Positions 22,751 to 33,807 of a stretch of DNA of 64,000 nt are shown here, in pieces. The position numbers and the translations under genes are program-made. Position 1 is the first letter of the stretch, and each line of letters begins with the position of its first letter. The DNA is from Chloropicon primus. Lineage: Eukaryota. Below the pieces are notes generated by a model. That model did no database searches and was not told the DNA's origin. It saw nothing but the letters and a program-made list of their open reading frames with translations. Where the stretch lies: the NCBI GenBank assembly GCA_023205875.1, contig CP060767.1, positions 124,001 to 188,000 on the forward strand, in the 5' to 3' direction.

Positions 22751-24061
22751 TCACCAAGTTCCGGAGATCGGGTCGAAGCGGCAGAGAGGGCAGCGCACGT
22801 CGCCTGTTCTGAACCACTCCACGATGCAGGCTTGGTGAAACGTGTGCTTGCATCCGGTGCCGAAGCAGGCCAGAACATGGCCGTACTTGAAGACCTCCAG
22901 GCAGATGCTGCACTCCTCCTTCGATTGCGTTTTCTCCTTGTACCTCGACCGGTGAAGTCTGCACAACGCTCGATTGGCCAAGGTCTTGTCGTTCTGGTAC
23001 TCCCTCGCTTGGAGGGAGAATTCCGTGCCACCGGCATTCTCGTGCCTCTCTGAGCGCCCCCTCGGCCGCCCTTCCGGCTCATCGTACGAAGCCGATGAGT
23101 TGTTGAAGAATCGTCTCCTTTCTCTGTGAGCGGACTCGTCCCTCGTCCTCAGGATGTCCCCAAGCGAACCGCCAAAGTCGCCTTGCGTCGTCGCCCTCCT
23201 GCCCAAGTGAAAGAACCGTTACGTTAGTCCTCAGCGCCGGATGGTGCACTTGGCCATCATGGCTGCAGGCAACAATGCTTACCGTTCTTGCCGATCTTCC
23301 TGGCTCTCTGTTAGAGGTCGCACGCCAAGCCGCTCTTGTGCCAGCCTAATCTTTTCTCTCAAGTCGGGCCTCCTGCTCGTCGAGAGGACCTCGCCCAGAG
23401 AAGGCACGTCCTCCGATTCAGCCTCCCTTCGACTCCGCCTCGAATCCTCTGCACTCGGGCTCCCTTCCTGCCTGTCCTCAAAGCGATGCCTCGTCCGCGT
23501 CGTCGCCGTCGAGAGAACATCCCCGAGGGACAAGTTCTGGAAGGACGAAAAGTGCTCCGAGTATCGACCGCCACTCCCTTGACTCGCACTCGGGGAAGAG
23601 TCATGCGAGCGATCTCTGCTCGCACTGGAACCACCGCTTGCGCTCGTGCTCGCTCCACCCCTCCCAGGGGTGTGGAAGTCGCTCTCCGCCTCGTCCTGGA
23701 GGTAGTCCTTGGCAATCTCCATCATCACTTGGGCCTTGGGTCGTCCTTCGTCCAGAAAACCAACTCCACGCCTCCCGTGGTGGTCAACGATCTCAGCATT
23801 GGCACCGCCATCACCCGGTGTCACCAAGACGGGTGCCTCGCTCAGCACTCGCTGCAAGTTGCCAAACTCTTCGAGCTCGTCCAGTTGCACATCTTTGGAA
23901 GCAGCATACTGTCGAAGGGAAACGATTCGACTTCTCACCGCATCTATCCTCCTCTGGAGCTGCTCTTGCTCACTTTGCAAGTCTGGGGGGCTCGAGGACG
24001 AGGCGTGGTGGACGCTAGCCATGGCCTCCTGAGAGAACGAAGCGAGGCGACTAGCGTCCAT
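22751..24061 (-). CDS. RING-H2 zinc finger protein (putative E3 ligase), spliced
   Basis: CSICLEVF..C KHTFHQACIVEWF..RCPLCR; upstream ORF 23279-24100 ends at a GT donor. Confidence 0.75.
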
Positions 24062-24394
24062 GATATACCCCTCTTCACTGCAGCAACGAGAGGGAGGCAA
24101 AAGAATCTTGTTTCAGTTTCACAAATCCTTCACCAGGGCGTCAAACCCTTGGACCGAGGGCTCCTTCGAAAGAGAATAGGACAAAGGTTCCATCTTTGTC
24201 CCTCCCTTTCGTGCTCCTCGTCTTCCACCTCGTCCACGGCTCACCTTCTCCCTCTCTCTCTCTCTGTGTTGGGTGATTGGTAATGGCGAAGACAAAAGAA
24301 AAAAGGGTTTCATCTGTCTGGTCTGTCTGTTACAGAAGATTGTCCTCCTCCGATGAATGGAGGGGAGTTTTGATACATTGCAGGGAGCTTGAGC

Positions 24395-27300
24395 TCAAGT
24401 TTCCTTGTCCTTGTTAGGGTCTTTCCGTTTGGTTTTGCTCTTCAGCTTCTGGAGCTTATTCTTGGGAGCGCCTTGGCTCTTGCTCTTGGCGGCAAAAACG
24501 TCCTTGCCTTCCAACACGTCGCTCAACTGATTCGACGGGGGAGCTGACGCTGGCGGTGGTCTTGGCGGTGGAGGAGGTCGGGTCTGAGGGGAGAGTGGGG
24601 GCGTAATGCCTGATCCGGGCGGCGCCCTTGGAGGCAGAACCGAATTCCTCTCAGAACCCAGAGGATCCAAACGCTTCGGCATGTTTTGGCCAACTTCTAT
24701 CTCCGCATCGATCGCCCCGATCCCTCCGTCCTCTGCGATCTTTGCCAAGAACTGACTCTCGATCTTCGAGGGAGAGGTCGCACCGAAGACCCTGCCACTC
24801 GTTGAGCTCTCCTTCTTCCCGAGCCTGGGATCCTGAGACCCTCCTCTCTTGTGCGGGGTCAAGTCGTAGCCCACGGGCGAGTCGATCGGGGGCTTCGGGT
24901 AATTTGTTTCCGGCGGGAGAATCCCCGCCGGTGCTCTTGGGACCATGAGCCCGTTCTTGCTCTTCTTGGCAGGCTTACCGTTTGCGGTATACTTGTTCTT
25001 CGTCTCCAAGGCCTTGGCATTCAACGCAGCGAGAGGCAAGCCCTCGAGGGTCTTCTTGTCCTCCTCCAACTCTTCGTACTTCACCGAGAGCTTCTGCAGC
25101 GCAGCCAGCTTCTCTTGCTTGCTGTTCTCCTGGATATTGGAATGAGCGTCGCCCTGAGCCATCCACCTCTGGTACTCGCTGGCGAGCTCGCCAAAGTCCT
25201 CAAAGATGTCCGAATCCTTGTTCCTTGCCATCACGTCGTCCCAGCCCTCCGCGTTTTTGCCGCCGTTTGACTTGTCTCCCCCCGCCTCGAGGTCGAGCGC
25301 TTTCTTTGCGGTGCCCCCCTTGGGCATCACCGCCTGCTTCCTCTTCCGCCGATGTAGGAACTTGGTCGAGGCCGTCAGGAGGAGAACGAAGCCGACGGAG
25401 GAGCCAACGATGATGAAGATCATGTCCAGATCGACGGAGACCTGTTTCTTCGATTCCACTTGCAGGACCGGAGCCGGCGGTATTTCTTCCGGCATCTCGA
25501 TGATCTCCGCTCTGATCTTCACGGCATAGGACTTGCTCGAAGTCTCAGTCGTGATCAGACCCAGCGCTAGCTCGGTATCGCTGCCAAGAGAATTGAACAT
25601 CAAAGAGCAGGTGTGCGGTCCCTGTGAAAACGCACGTCTCTCTACGCAGTTACCCGTCCACTGCTTGTTCCCTTCGGTCGGGAAACGATGAATTGACGCA
25701 ACCGAAGCAAACAACTGGATCGGGGTGTCTTGGCTCTCGACCATGAGCTTGAACTCTTGCCTCGGTCCCATCGCATAAAGCATCGTGCCAAAATACCCGT
25801 ACTGAAGGGGGACGATCAGCGAGGTCACCTCCGCCTGCGTAACGACCGTTACTGTCGTCGTGGCATTCCTTGTGGTCGTCGTGTTCTTCTCCGGCAGTAT
25901 CAGATCGATGCTCTCCCGAGCCGGCAAGGTCTCGAGGGCCGATGCATACGATTTCTCCACGGGTGAGCTCGGGTAAACCTCCAGGAGCTCGTTTGGAACG
26001 ATCTGCAGAGATCCGTTCTCGGTGGACAGGGTTGCGGTGAATCTGTACGATGTCTCGTACTTGGCCGCATAGCTCGAGAGGGCACCGGTGTACACGCCTC
26101 TCACGGGGACGACATTGGCCCGAAACTTTCCCTCCACGTCCGTCTTCCCACTAGCCACGGTCGTCCACACCTTCTCTCTGACGTCAAACACATCCATGAC
26201 CACGTCGAGATCCGGAAACGCGGACACCGAGTCCTCCCTCAGGCAGGTCACGGTGACGAGCTCTTCCTGCAGGTAGACCAGCTGCGCCGTTTTCGTCTCC
26301 TGCGGAACGATCGTGAGCTTTTCTGTGGCCATCAAGGTGCCGTTCTGGAAGGCGAGCACGATAATGTCCGTCCCCGAGGGGATGTCCAGCTGCGCCGGAA
26401 GGGGCGAGGCGGATTTCCAGCTACCGATCTCCACTTCGCCTGACATCACGAGGATCTCTTCGACTCCCTTGGCACCAATCTCCGCTGGCAAGCTCAGAGT
26501 CCCTTGATCGTAGAGCTGCCCCCTCATGTGCAAAGCCCAGTACGCGTCGCCGGAGGTGGCCCCGTCTTGGTATCCACCCGCAGTGATCAGAATCCCGTCT
26601 CCTATGAAGGCCCCACTCGCCCCCTGCCTCGGCGTGGGCTTCAGGCCCTGGAGCACGTCGTAGGTCACGAAGTCCTGGGGAGTCACTGAGCTGTCGTCGA
26701 ACACGTGGATGTCCACGCCTCGAACGACGTCCACCTCGTCGCTTGGAACGTCCCCTACAGTCACGGTGTTCGGCTTGTCGTGCCCAAACCCAAACGCGAT
26801 CACCATGTAGCCGGTGCCTTGGCTAAATGCCGAAGAAGGAGAGTACAGGTGCATCGTGTGAAAGGCACGGAAAGGCGAGTACTGAAGCTCCCACTTTCTC
26901 CACGTCTTTGTCGTGATGTCCCATTCCAGCACGTCGTTCGTCACGTGCACGTCTCCCGTCGCCTCGTCCCTCTGGAACCCCCCGTGAAACAGAATCCTGT
27001 TCTTGCTCTGGTACTGATGCAAGATGGCAGCGTGGCCGTACCTCTTCCTGATCTGAAAGGTAATCGTGGACGCTAGAACCTGACCGCTCTTCAGCATCTC
27101 CCCCTGGGGCTCCAGCCTCGACCACCTGTTCTGATCCCATCTGTACTCCCACACGACCCTCTCGTCCTGACTCGCGTCCGATGCCCAGGTGCTCCCGGTG
27201 TGACCGCCGTACACGTACAGGGAGTTGGATTGGGAAATCGCACCGTGAGCCGTGCGTGGCGGGGGCGATGTCGCCCCCTTGTACCCCTCCGCGTACAGAC

Positions 27301-27874
27301 GCTTCCACTTATTGTTCAACATGTCCAACTCCCACAGAGTGTCTTCACAGGGCTCCACTTTCGTGGCCCTCGACTCCAAGATGTGTTCGAGCTCGTGGGA
27401 CGCCCCTGAACTCAGGTCGCACGAGCCACCAAAGAGCAAAGCCCTCGTGCCCATCGAGTGGAGGCTCGAGTACGCCCTCGGGCAGGGAACCCCGCTCGTG
27501 CAGTTCTTTCCGCAGCAGCTGTTTGAACCTGACTTGAGCTGGACCCACTGCTTCTGGTCCGCAAAATACTGGTAGGTATCTCCAAGGATAACACCGGCCT
27601 CGTCCACACCTCCGAAGAGAATGAGGCCCTTCGGCGAGGAGATGGAAAGAGTTGCTGCCCCATAACGCCTCCCTGGGCTGACTGACGCGTGCTGCAGCTG
27701 TTCCCAGCTCGTGTCTCGAAACAGGTCACTGCTTTGCTGCTGGTTGTTGTTTTGCGCAAAACAGAGCTGGCCTTGGGACAAAACCAAGACGAAGACCACA
27801 CCGACGAACGAGACAAGGTTCAAGTTCCTTCCAACGTGCTGGCCACCCCTTCGACTCCATTGCGTGCCCGTCAT
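24395..27874 (-). CDS. Large type-I membrane protein with extracellular Kelch repeats and Pro-rich cytoplasmic tail
   Basis: Signal peptide, repeated xLFGG/VYGG...W Kelch motifs, TM segment IFIIVGSSVGFVLLLTA, coiled-coil and PPPP tail. Confidence 0.8.
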   Translation of the reverse strand: MTGTQWSRRGGQHVGRNLNLVSFVGVVFVLVLSQGQLCFAQNNNQQQSSDLFRDTSWEQLQHASVSPGRRYGAATLSISSPKGLILFGGVDEAGVILGDTYQYFADQKQWVQLKSGSNSCCGKNCTSGVPCPRAYSSLHSMGTRALLFGGSCDLSSGASHELEHILESRATKVEPCEDTLWELDMLNNKWKRLYAEGYKGATSPPPRTAHGAISQSNSLYVYGGHTGSTWASDASQDERVVWEYRWDQNRWSRLEPQGEMLKSGQVLASTITFQIRKRYGHAAILHQYQSKNRILFHGGFQRDEATGDVHVTNDVLEWDITTKTWRKWELQYSPFRAFHTMHLYSPSSAFSQGTGYMVIAFGFGHDKPNTVTVGDVPSDEVDVVRGVDIHVFDDSSVTPQDFVTYDVLQGLKPTPRQGASGAFIGDGILITAGGYQDGATSGDAYWALHMRGQLYDQGTLSLPAEIGAKGVEEILVMSGEVEIGSWKSASPLPAQLDIPSGTDIIVLAFQNGTLMATEKLTIVPQETKTAQLVYLQEELVTVTCLREDSVSAFPDLDVVMDVFDVREKVWTTVASGKTDVEGKFRANVVPVRGVYTGALSSYAAKYETSYRFTATLSTENGSLQIVPNELLEVYPSSPVEKSYASALETLPARESIDLILPEKNTTTTRNATTTVTVVTQAEVTSLIVPLQYGYFGTMLYAMGPRQEFKLMVESQDTPIQLFASVASIHRFPTEGNKQWTGNCVERRAFSQGPHTCSLMFNSLGSDTELALGLITTETSSKSYAVKIRAEIIEMPEEIPPAPVLQVESKKQVSVDLDMIFIIVGSSVGFVLLLTASTKFLHRRKRKQAVMPKGGTAKKALDLEAGGDKSNGGKNAEGWDDVMARNKDSDIFEDFGELASEYQRWMAQGDAHSNIQENSKQEKLAALQKLSVKYEELEEDKKTLEGLPLAALNAKALETKNKYTANGKPAKKSKNGLMVPRAPAGILPPETNYPKPPIDSPVGYDLTPHKRGGSQDPRLGKKESSTSGRVFGATSPSKIESQFLAKIAEDGGIGAIDAEIEVGQNMPKRLDPLGSERNSVLPPRAPPGSGITPPLSPQTRPPPPPRPPPASAPPSNQLSDVLEGKDVFAAKSKSQGAPKNKLQKLKSKTKRKDPNKDKET

Positions 27875-27959
27875 TGCCTCTGGCCCAAGCCTCGCCAGCA
27901 GCAACGCCTGCTCCAAGAACAACAACAAAACAGAACAAAACTTTTACTCTTAGAGACAC

Positions 27960-28235
27960 AAAACTCCTCACCAGGACGCCAAAATCGTTCGAGGGAGAGC
28001 TCTGTGGAAAGAGAAGGAGACCACAGAGACTAATCTTCCGCGAAGTCCCCCCCACTCGGCACGAAACCCTCCCCTCTGCCGCCAAAGAGTGAGACAAGTT
28101 CTTACCTCTTGGTCTCTCCTCCTGGGTGTCAAAGTTTTCAAGGTCTAGGAAGGCTCCCAACCTCACCAGGACGCCAAATCGTTCGAGGGAGAGCTCTTTG
28201 GAAAGATAACGAGACCACGGAGACTAATCTTCCGC
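27960..28235 (-). repeat. Dispersed ~260-bp non-coding module (195-bp internal period), near-identical to 46965-47222
   Basis: Reverse complement matches 46965-47222; the spurious ORFs over both copies share RLGAFLDLENFDTQEERPRGKNLSHSLAAEGRV. Confidence 0.9.
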
Positions 28236-28574
28236 CAATCACTCATCTTTTCCACTCACTCCATCGTCTTGGCCCCTTCCAAGGACTCGCCTGCTTCAGT
28301 CTGTCACACAGCGTTTGAAACCGATCGATTTTTGTGGAAAAATTGTCCATGGGATGAGACGCGTCCTGGGGGCTTCGCTCCTCGAAGGAATCGGAAGAGG
28401 TACGCGACTTGAGAGCCAAAGCAAGGACGAGGAGGGAGTCGGAGGGGAAGGGGGCGCGGATGGATGGAACCGCCGTCTCACGATCTTTCCAACGACCATT
28501 CGTGCGAAAGGAATGACAAAGTTTTGAGGATGATGAGAGACTAAACGTTCTGTTTTCTTGCTTGGTTTGATCTC

Positions 28575-29085
28575 TTGATGATGATTGCAGGAGGAGTGGT
28601 GGTTATGGTGGCGCTTCGGCAATTAGGAGCGGCGAAGCTTGGGATCCTGGTCCTTCTGATTCTAGTCGCACTCGCTGGCCGGCCGTCTTCGTGCTTCGTG
28701 ACTTTCAAGCGGTTCAAGCGGACGACGAACACGTGGGCCTTCAGGACCCTGGAGAAGAGGAGGGAACACACACTCACTCTGTTTGCTACCAAATGGGATG
28801 GATACGCAGACAGGATGGCCAAGGGGGTCGAGGATGCGATCAATGGATTGGTGAGGTCGATGAAGGAGGGGCAGGGATACCCCCATCTGGCGAACTTGAC
28901 CCTCCTTCGCTTGGACACGACGTTCGAGGACCTGCCAAAGCTTCGACAAAAGTATGGCTTGCAGATGGAGCTTCCCGCTTTCTTTTACTTCAGGTGAGGA
29001 GGCACGACGACAGCTCGGGCGATTGCGGGAGCCCTCGTCGCGAAACTGAAGACTGACTTGGCCCTGGACTCTCGTGCCTGGTTTG

Positions 29086-29116
<31 letters not shown>

Positions 29117-31004
29117 GAACGGTGCGGCGCATACTTTCAGTCACCGGGACACCGTGGAGGCTTACAAGACAACCTTGGTGAAGATCGGGCGGATGGGCGA
29201 CGTGGACGTCCCTCTGGAACATCTCCGGTCGAGGCAAGAGCTCGAGGACACGGTGGCGGGGAATGAGATCACTTTCGTTTTCGTGGACTCACCTCTCGGC
29301 GTCGGCGAGGGGGCCAAGGGGGGAGAGGAGGAGGACGCCGGGGAATGCGATGCCGGCAAGGACGCCAAAGCGAGGCTTAGACAAGCCTTGGCAGAAAACC
29401 CGGACGCCGAAGGAATGCGGGAATACCTTGAAGAGTTCCTGGAAACGGCTGACTTCGAAGCGGAGGGATTGGAGGAGGAGCTGGCCAATTTGCAAACTTT
29501 TTTGAGGGGATCAAAGCATTCGAAAGACGCGGCCAAAGACGCTTCTTGGGATGAGATCGAGAAGACGTTTTTGGATGTGGCAAAGCAGAACCTGCTGAGT
29601 CAAATCGTTCGATTCTGCTACGCGAACAGCACGGAAGTCCTCCCAGCGGACATCGTGACGCAGGCTCTTCTGACTTCGAAGGGCGGGGATGGTAGCTCGA
29701 GCGATGGTGACGAACCCTTTTCGGGCGGCTTTTCAATATTCGCATTCCGGGGGAGGGACGTTATCGACGTCTTCACCCCCTCTTGTAGCTGCGACTTGCT
29801 TTCCTGGCTGAGGAGCTTCCTGACCAGCCACGGGAGTGTCGTGAGCACCCTTACGGACATGCAGTTCTGGACGCACCTCAGCGAGCAAGTGGAGGCGCAG
29901 ACGACTTGGGCCCTGGCTCAAGAGAGGCGCATGAAGCTCAAGAATCGCGAGATCATCACCAAGAAGCAGCGGAAAGATCCTGAGGAGGCGATGGACGAGG
30001 AAGAATTATTGGGAAATGATTACGAGGTCCTCGTGCTCTTGTTGCAGTCCGACCAAGTTTCGGAGCGCCAGTCGAAAGAGGGTCGGGACTACAGATCATT
30101 TGTGGAGGCCGCTGGGGAAGTTTTGGGCTTGGCGCCGAGGGAGGCGTTACGGGTGTGCGCACGGGGTGCGGGGCCCCACGAGTGCGAAGCTCTTGATGAT
30201 TCAGGTGCTGCCGCCCTGTCCAGCGCGGCAGACGAGGACAGGGGCAACGTCACCGAAGAGCTTGAGGCGGAGGCCATCGAAGCAGCGGAGTCGACGGAGG
30301 GCGAAGAGTTGGAGCTGGAAGAGGAGGAGGAAGAGGGGACGAGGGTTTACAAATTCATCCACGTTCCTTACACGCAGGAAATTTGGAGAGGGTCTCTGCC
30401 TGCGATGCTTGAACTCGCCGACTTCCCTCGAGTGATGCTCTTTGATACGAGGAACAAGTTGTACTATGATTTGCAGCGCAAGGGGGGTCGACGGCATGCG
30501 CAAGGGTTCACGGCAGAGGAGATCGTAGATTTTGTCTCCGACCACAAGAATAACGCGCTAAAGCCTTTTCTGAGGTCGGAGGTGATCGTGGAGGACCAGT
30601 CCACGGTGGAAAGGATGGAGAGGACGTCGAGGCCCATCAACGTGGACAGCTTCGGGGAGCTAAACTTTCCGAGGAGTTGCACGGCGGGCGAAGTCGTGTC
30701 GGTCGTCCTCTTCCACACCGCCTGGTGCAGCTTCTGCAAGAGGGCCATGGGGATTTTCAAAGAACTCGCGGAGGAGGCTGGTAAAGAGGACTACGCGGGC
30801 CTCAACCACATCAAGTTCTACACCCTGGACTGCGATCGAAACGATTGCTATCCTTCGGTGCTCGGCCTTGGAAAAGCGGGGGAGCACCTCGACAAGCTCC
30901 CGCAATTCCTCGTCTTTCCTTGCGGGAGACCGCCCGTGCAGTACAATGGGTACAGGAGCGTGGACATCCTTTTGACCCGGCTCGTGGAGCTCAATCAATC
31001 CTAA
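28575..31004 (+). CDS. Secretory thioredoxin-fold/PDI-like protein; intron ~28994-29116
   Basis: N-terminal hydrophobic segment; VLFHTAWCSFCK thioredoxin motif near the C-terminus; acidic linkers. Confidence 0.7.
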
Positions 31005-31071
31005 TAAGCCTAACGAATATCGTAATGCAGCGGAACACGATCCACCATCATCATCTTGCACATCCTGTCGT

Positions 31072-31420
31072 CCTCCTCGACATCGACGGAATCCGCGGGG
31101 ACATGGTCGTCGTCAGGACCGCCAAGGCGTACGCCGCGTTCGACGGCAGGACGGAGGTCACGGACGAGGACGTGGGCAGGGTCGTCGGCATGTGCCTCGG
31201 GCACCGGACGAGGAAGGACCCCCTCGACCCCCTTGGGGGCGTGCAGAAGGTCAACGCAGTCTTCAAGCGCATCTTCGCCGACGGCCTGACGTACGAGGAC
31301 GTGAGGAAGATGCAGGAAAAGAGCGCCCCCAAGTCCAACAAGGAAGCGGAAGAAGAAGACCAAGGCGACGAGAAGAAGGGAAGGGGCGGCCTCAAACCAG
31401 GCCAGTGGAAGGGCCTATAG
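31072..31420 (+). pseudogene. CHLI2: C-terminal fragment of magnesium chelatase subunit I (CHLI2-like); AAA+ domain absent
   Basis: LLDIDGIRGDMVVVRTAKAYAAFDGRTEVTDEDV...CLGHRTRKDPLDP is the CHLI lid region plus a basic tail ending GQWKGL; no room upstream for the ATPase domain. Confidence 0.7.
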
Positions 31421-31505
31421 AAGGAGTCATCATAAAATAATACCCCGACCTCTCGTCGTTCGTGTTGTAGTCGATCAATCAATTCATCCCCTAGCGGATC
31501 ATCCG

Positions 31506-31967
31506 TTGTGGCGGGACGCGAACTTTTGTCCTCGAGAGGTGTACCAGGAGCTCATCGTTCCACTGCGGAAGCAGAGCGGAGGGGCCAAGGCGGAGCAGGG
31601 AGGAGCGAAGAAGAAGGCAACGGGGCCGGTGGTGAAGCCGGTGGCGGAGGTTTCGAGCGCGGAGAAGGCGCAGGCTGCGCAGAAGAAGAAGGAGGCGGTG
31701 GTGGCACCGCCCCCGGAGGCGGTGTTCTTCGGGCAATGGACTGAAGAGGAGGATGAGCTGGTGCTCTTCCAGCAGTCTGACCAAGGCCGCGCGCTTAGCA
31801 TCTCGTACGAGGACGCTGCGGCTTGCCTCGGTCGCACTTCAAACGCCGTGAAGTGCAGGTGGCACTCTCAGGTGAAAGGGAAGGTCGAGACGATGTCGAG
31901 CGAGGAGTATACGCTTCGACTGGAGCGAGGTGCGAGGAGGTGGTTTCAGTTCCGGAAGCAAGGCTGA
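31506..31967 (+). pseudogene. Myb/SANT-like domain ORF lacking an ATG upstream of the domain (5'-truncated fragment?)
   Basis: WTEEEDELV...AAACLGRTSNAVKCRW Myb signature; the frame opens without an ATG. Confidence 0.55.
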
Positions 31968-32238
31968 GGCTGAGGGCGGGTGTATCATTTAGGGAAACCT
32001 TACATATGTGTATCGAAGCGAGCCTTGGCCCCTGGGCGGCGTCACCCAGTTCACTAGGGGCTCCATCGGCGAGCCGTGGACCATGGCGATGGCGTGCAGC
32101 ACGAGCCACCTCTCCGCGCCGTGGAGGGAGGGGAAGCAAAGGTGGACTCTCCCGAGCCTGAGAAAATAAGAGCGGCAACAAAAGGGGAGTTTATAAATAC
32201 TACAAAAGCTGTGTTTTTTCCAAAAGTGATCCCATGGC

Positions 32239-32258
32239 TTTTGGCGGGAATTTTGAAA
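32239..32258 (+). promoter_or_regulatory. E2F-type site (TTTGGCGGGAA) directly followed by CHR-like TTTGAA
   Basis: TTTTGGCGGGAATTTTGAAA ~85 bp upstream of ATG 32341; TATAAATA at ~32192. Confidence 0.45.
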
Positions 32259-32340
32259 AATCGTGGGAGGAGAAGCGAACCGAAAAACTAAAAGTAACGG
32301 ACGGGCGTCGAGGCCGAGGGACAGAAGACGGAGCGCGACC

Positions 32341-33486
32341 ATGCCCAAGGGGGTGTTCATTGACAAGCGCCGCAAGAAGAAGCCGTACGGAGTGCGTATC
32401 GGTCGCCCCAAGGAATACTTCGCCACCGTGGCGGAGGCCGTCGCCGCCCTCGAGGCGTACCGCGCGGGCAAACTCAAGAAGAGGGAGACCGACCGAGCCG
32501 CGCTCGCGGTGAAGCGCGCCCGCAACCTGGCGATCTACGGCCGGAACTCCGCCACGGAGCGCGAAGTGGCGCTCGCCCTCGTCGCCAGATGGGAGGCGAC
32601 CATCCCCGGGAGAACGGCGCTCGTGCTAAACGACGGCACGAAAGCCGACGTGCTCCTCCGCCTGAGCGAGGAGGACGCGTGGCTGCCGGTGCAGCTCAAG
32701 ACGACGGGGGGCGCCAAGAAGGGTGAACCGAATACGTGGTACTTCCACAACGTCACCGGCTACTCGGGGATGTGTGTGGTGTGCTGGCGGTGCGACGTCG
32801 GCGATGCGTGGGTGTACAACGGCAACGCGCTGAACGAGCGCGGCAAGCTGGACCTGAGCGTCACCCCCCTCCGCAAGAACTGTGAGCTCGCGCTCGCGCG
32901 TGGCCTCAACCTCGCCGCGCTCGTGCAATGGCTGAGCGAGCAGGCCCAGGCCCAGGCCCAGGCCCATCTGTGTCGGTGGACGACCGTCACCGAGCACGCC
33001 GCGCGGCACGACTTCGCGTCCGCGGCCCAAGCGCTCGAGATGCGCGGCATCGACGCGTTCAAGGCGAGCTTCCCAAAGCACCGCTACGCCTTCCCCGAGG
33101 GACAGAACACCCAAGTCGACCTGCTGAAGGATGCGACGACGCGCCAGCAGTTCAAGACGGCGCGCGCGGCGTCTAACGGCGTCGCCGGGTTTATGTGCAA
33201 CCTGTACACCTACGCCGGGCGTGACGAGGCGGGCAAGGAGCTGAAAGATCCTTACCCGGCAGGGGCGTTCGACGAGCTAGTGGCGGTGGCGTGGGTGGAA
33301 GGCAAAGCATACTTTTGGATCATCCCCGCGGCAAAGCTGGAGGCGAATGGGTACCTGCGATCGGAGTCGCAGCCTGGGAAGACGAGCCTGCACCTGCACG
33401 CGTCGCAGATTGGCGTGCAGCCGAACCCGCACGCGCGTAAGGAGGTAGACCCGTGGACCCGCATGTACTTCCATTCCGCAGCTTAG
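32341..33486 (+). CDS. AP2-like DNA-binding domain + two PD-(D/E/Q)xK nuclease-like domains (homing-endonuclease-like)
   Basis: N-term PKGVFIDKRRKKKPYGVRI...YFATVAEAVAA; E-x-D-x-QxK twice (TERE..KADVLL..VQLKT; EMRG..QVDLL..QQFKT); intronless, visibly more GC-rich codons. Confidence 0.6.
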   Translation: MPKGVFIDKRRKKKPYGVRIGRPKEYFATVAEAVAALEAYRAGKLKKRETDRAALAVKRARNLAIYGRNSATEREVALALVARWEATIPGRTALVLNDGTKADVLLRLSEEDAWLPVQLKTTGGAKKGEPNTWYFHNVTGYSGMCVVCWRCDVGDAWVYNGNALNERGKLDLSVTPLRKNCELALARGLNLAALVQWLSEQAQAQAQAHLCRWTTVTEHAARHDFASAAQALEMRGIDAFKASFPKHRYAFPEGQNTQVDLLKDATTRQQFKTARAASNGVAGFMCNLYTYAGRDEAGKELKDPYPAGAFDELVAVAWVEGKAYFWIIPAAKLEANGYLRSESQPGKTSLHLHASQIGVQPNPHARKEVDPWTRMYFHSAA

Positions 33487-33807
33487 CTTTCATCATGCTT
33501 TTTTTTTCTCGTCTTCTTCATCTTCTCCTCGAGCAACAAGACAACCTCCTGGTTTTGTTCTCTTGTCCACCTGATCCTGCCTCCTTGCATGAAGAGCGGA
33601 AACAACACGTTCCATAAGCCGGTAAAAAGAAGAAGAAGTGGATAGGTAGGTAGGTAGGCATAAACCACCACACATTACCACTCCTCTCCCCAACCATCAT
33701 GCCCCCTCCCTCCTCATCCATCATGCCTCCTCCTCATCCATCATGATTGAGCGCCAGGTGGATTCCGATTTTCACTTTTTGGATAGAGTCGCTCTCGCCT
33801 CTCCGCG

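Noticed and set aside
24119..24313. Short ORF MEPLSYSLSKEPSV as a first exon of the RING gene
   Set aside because: It overlaps a copy of the non-coding upstream motif and ends in a stop; the ATG at 24061 is more plausible.
31988..31994. TTTAGGG telomere-like word near the endonuclease
   Set aside because: Single occurrence, expected by chance.
31070..33490. Defined transposon (Helitron/TIR) boundaries or a Fanzor/TnpB system
   Set aside because: No convincing TIR, TSD, 3' hairpin-CTRR, RuvC motifs or downstream guide-like RNA seen; reported only as a finding.
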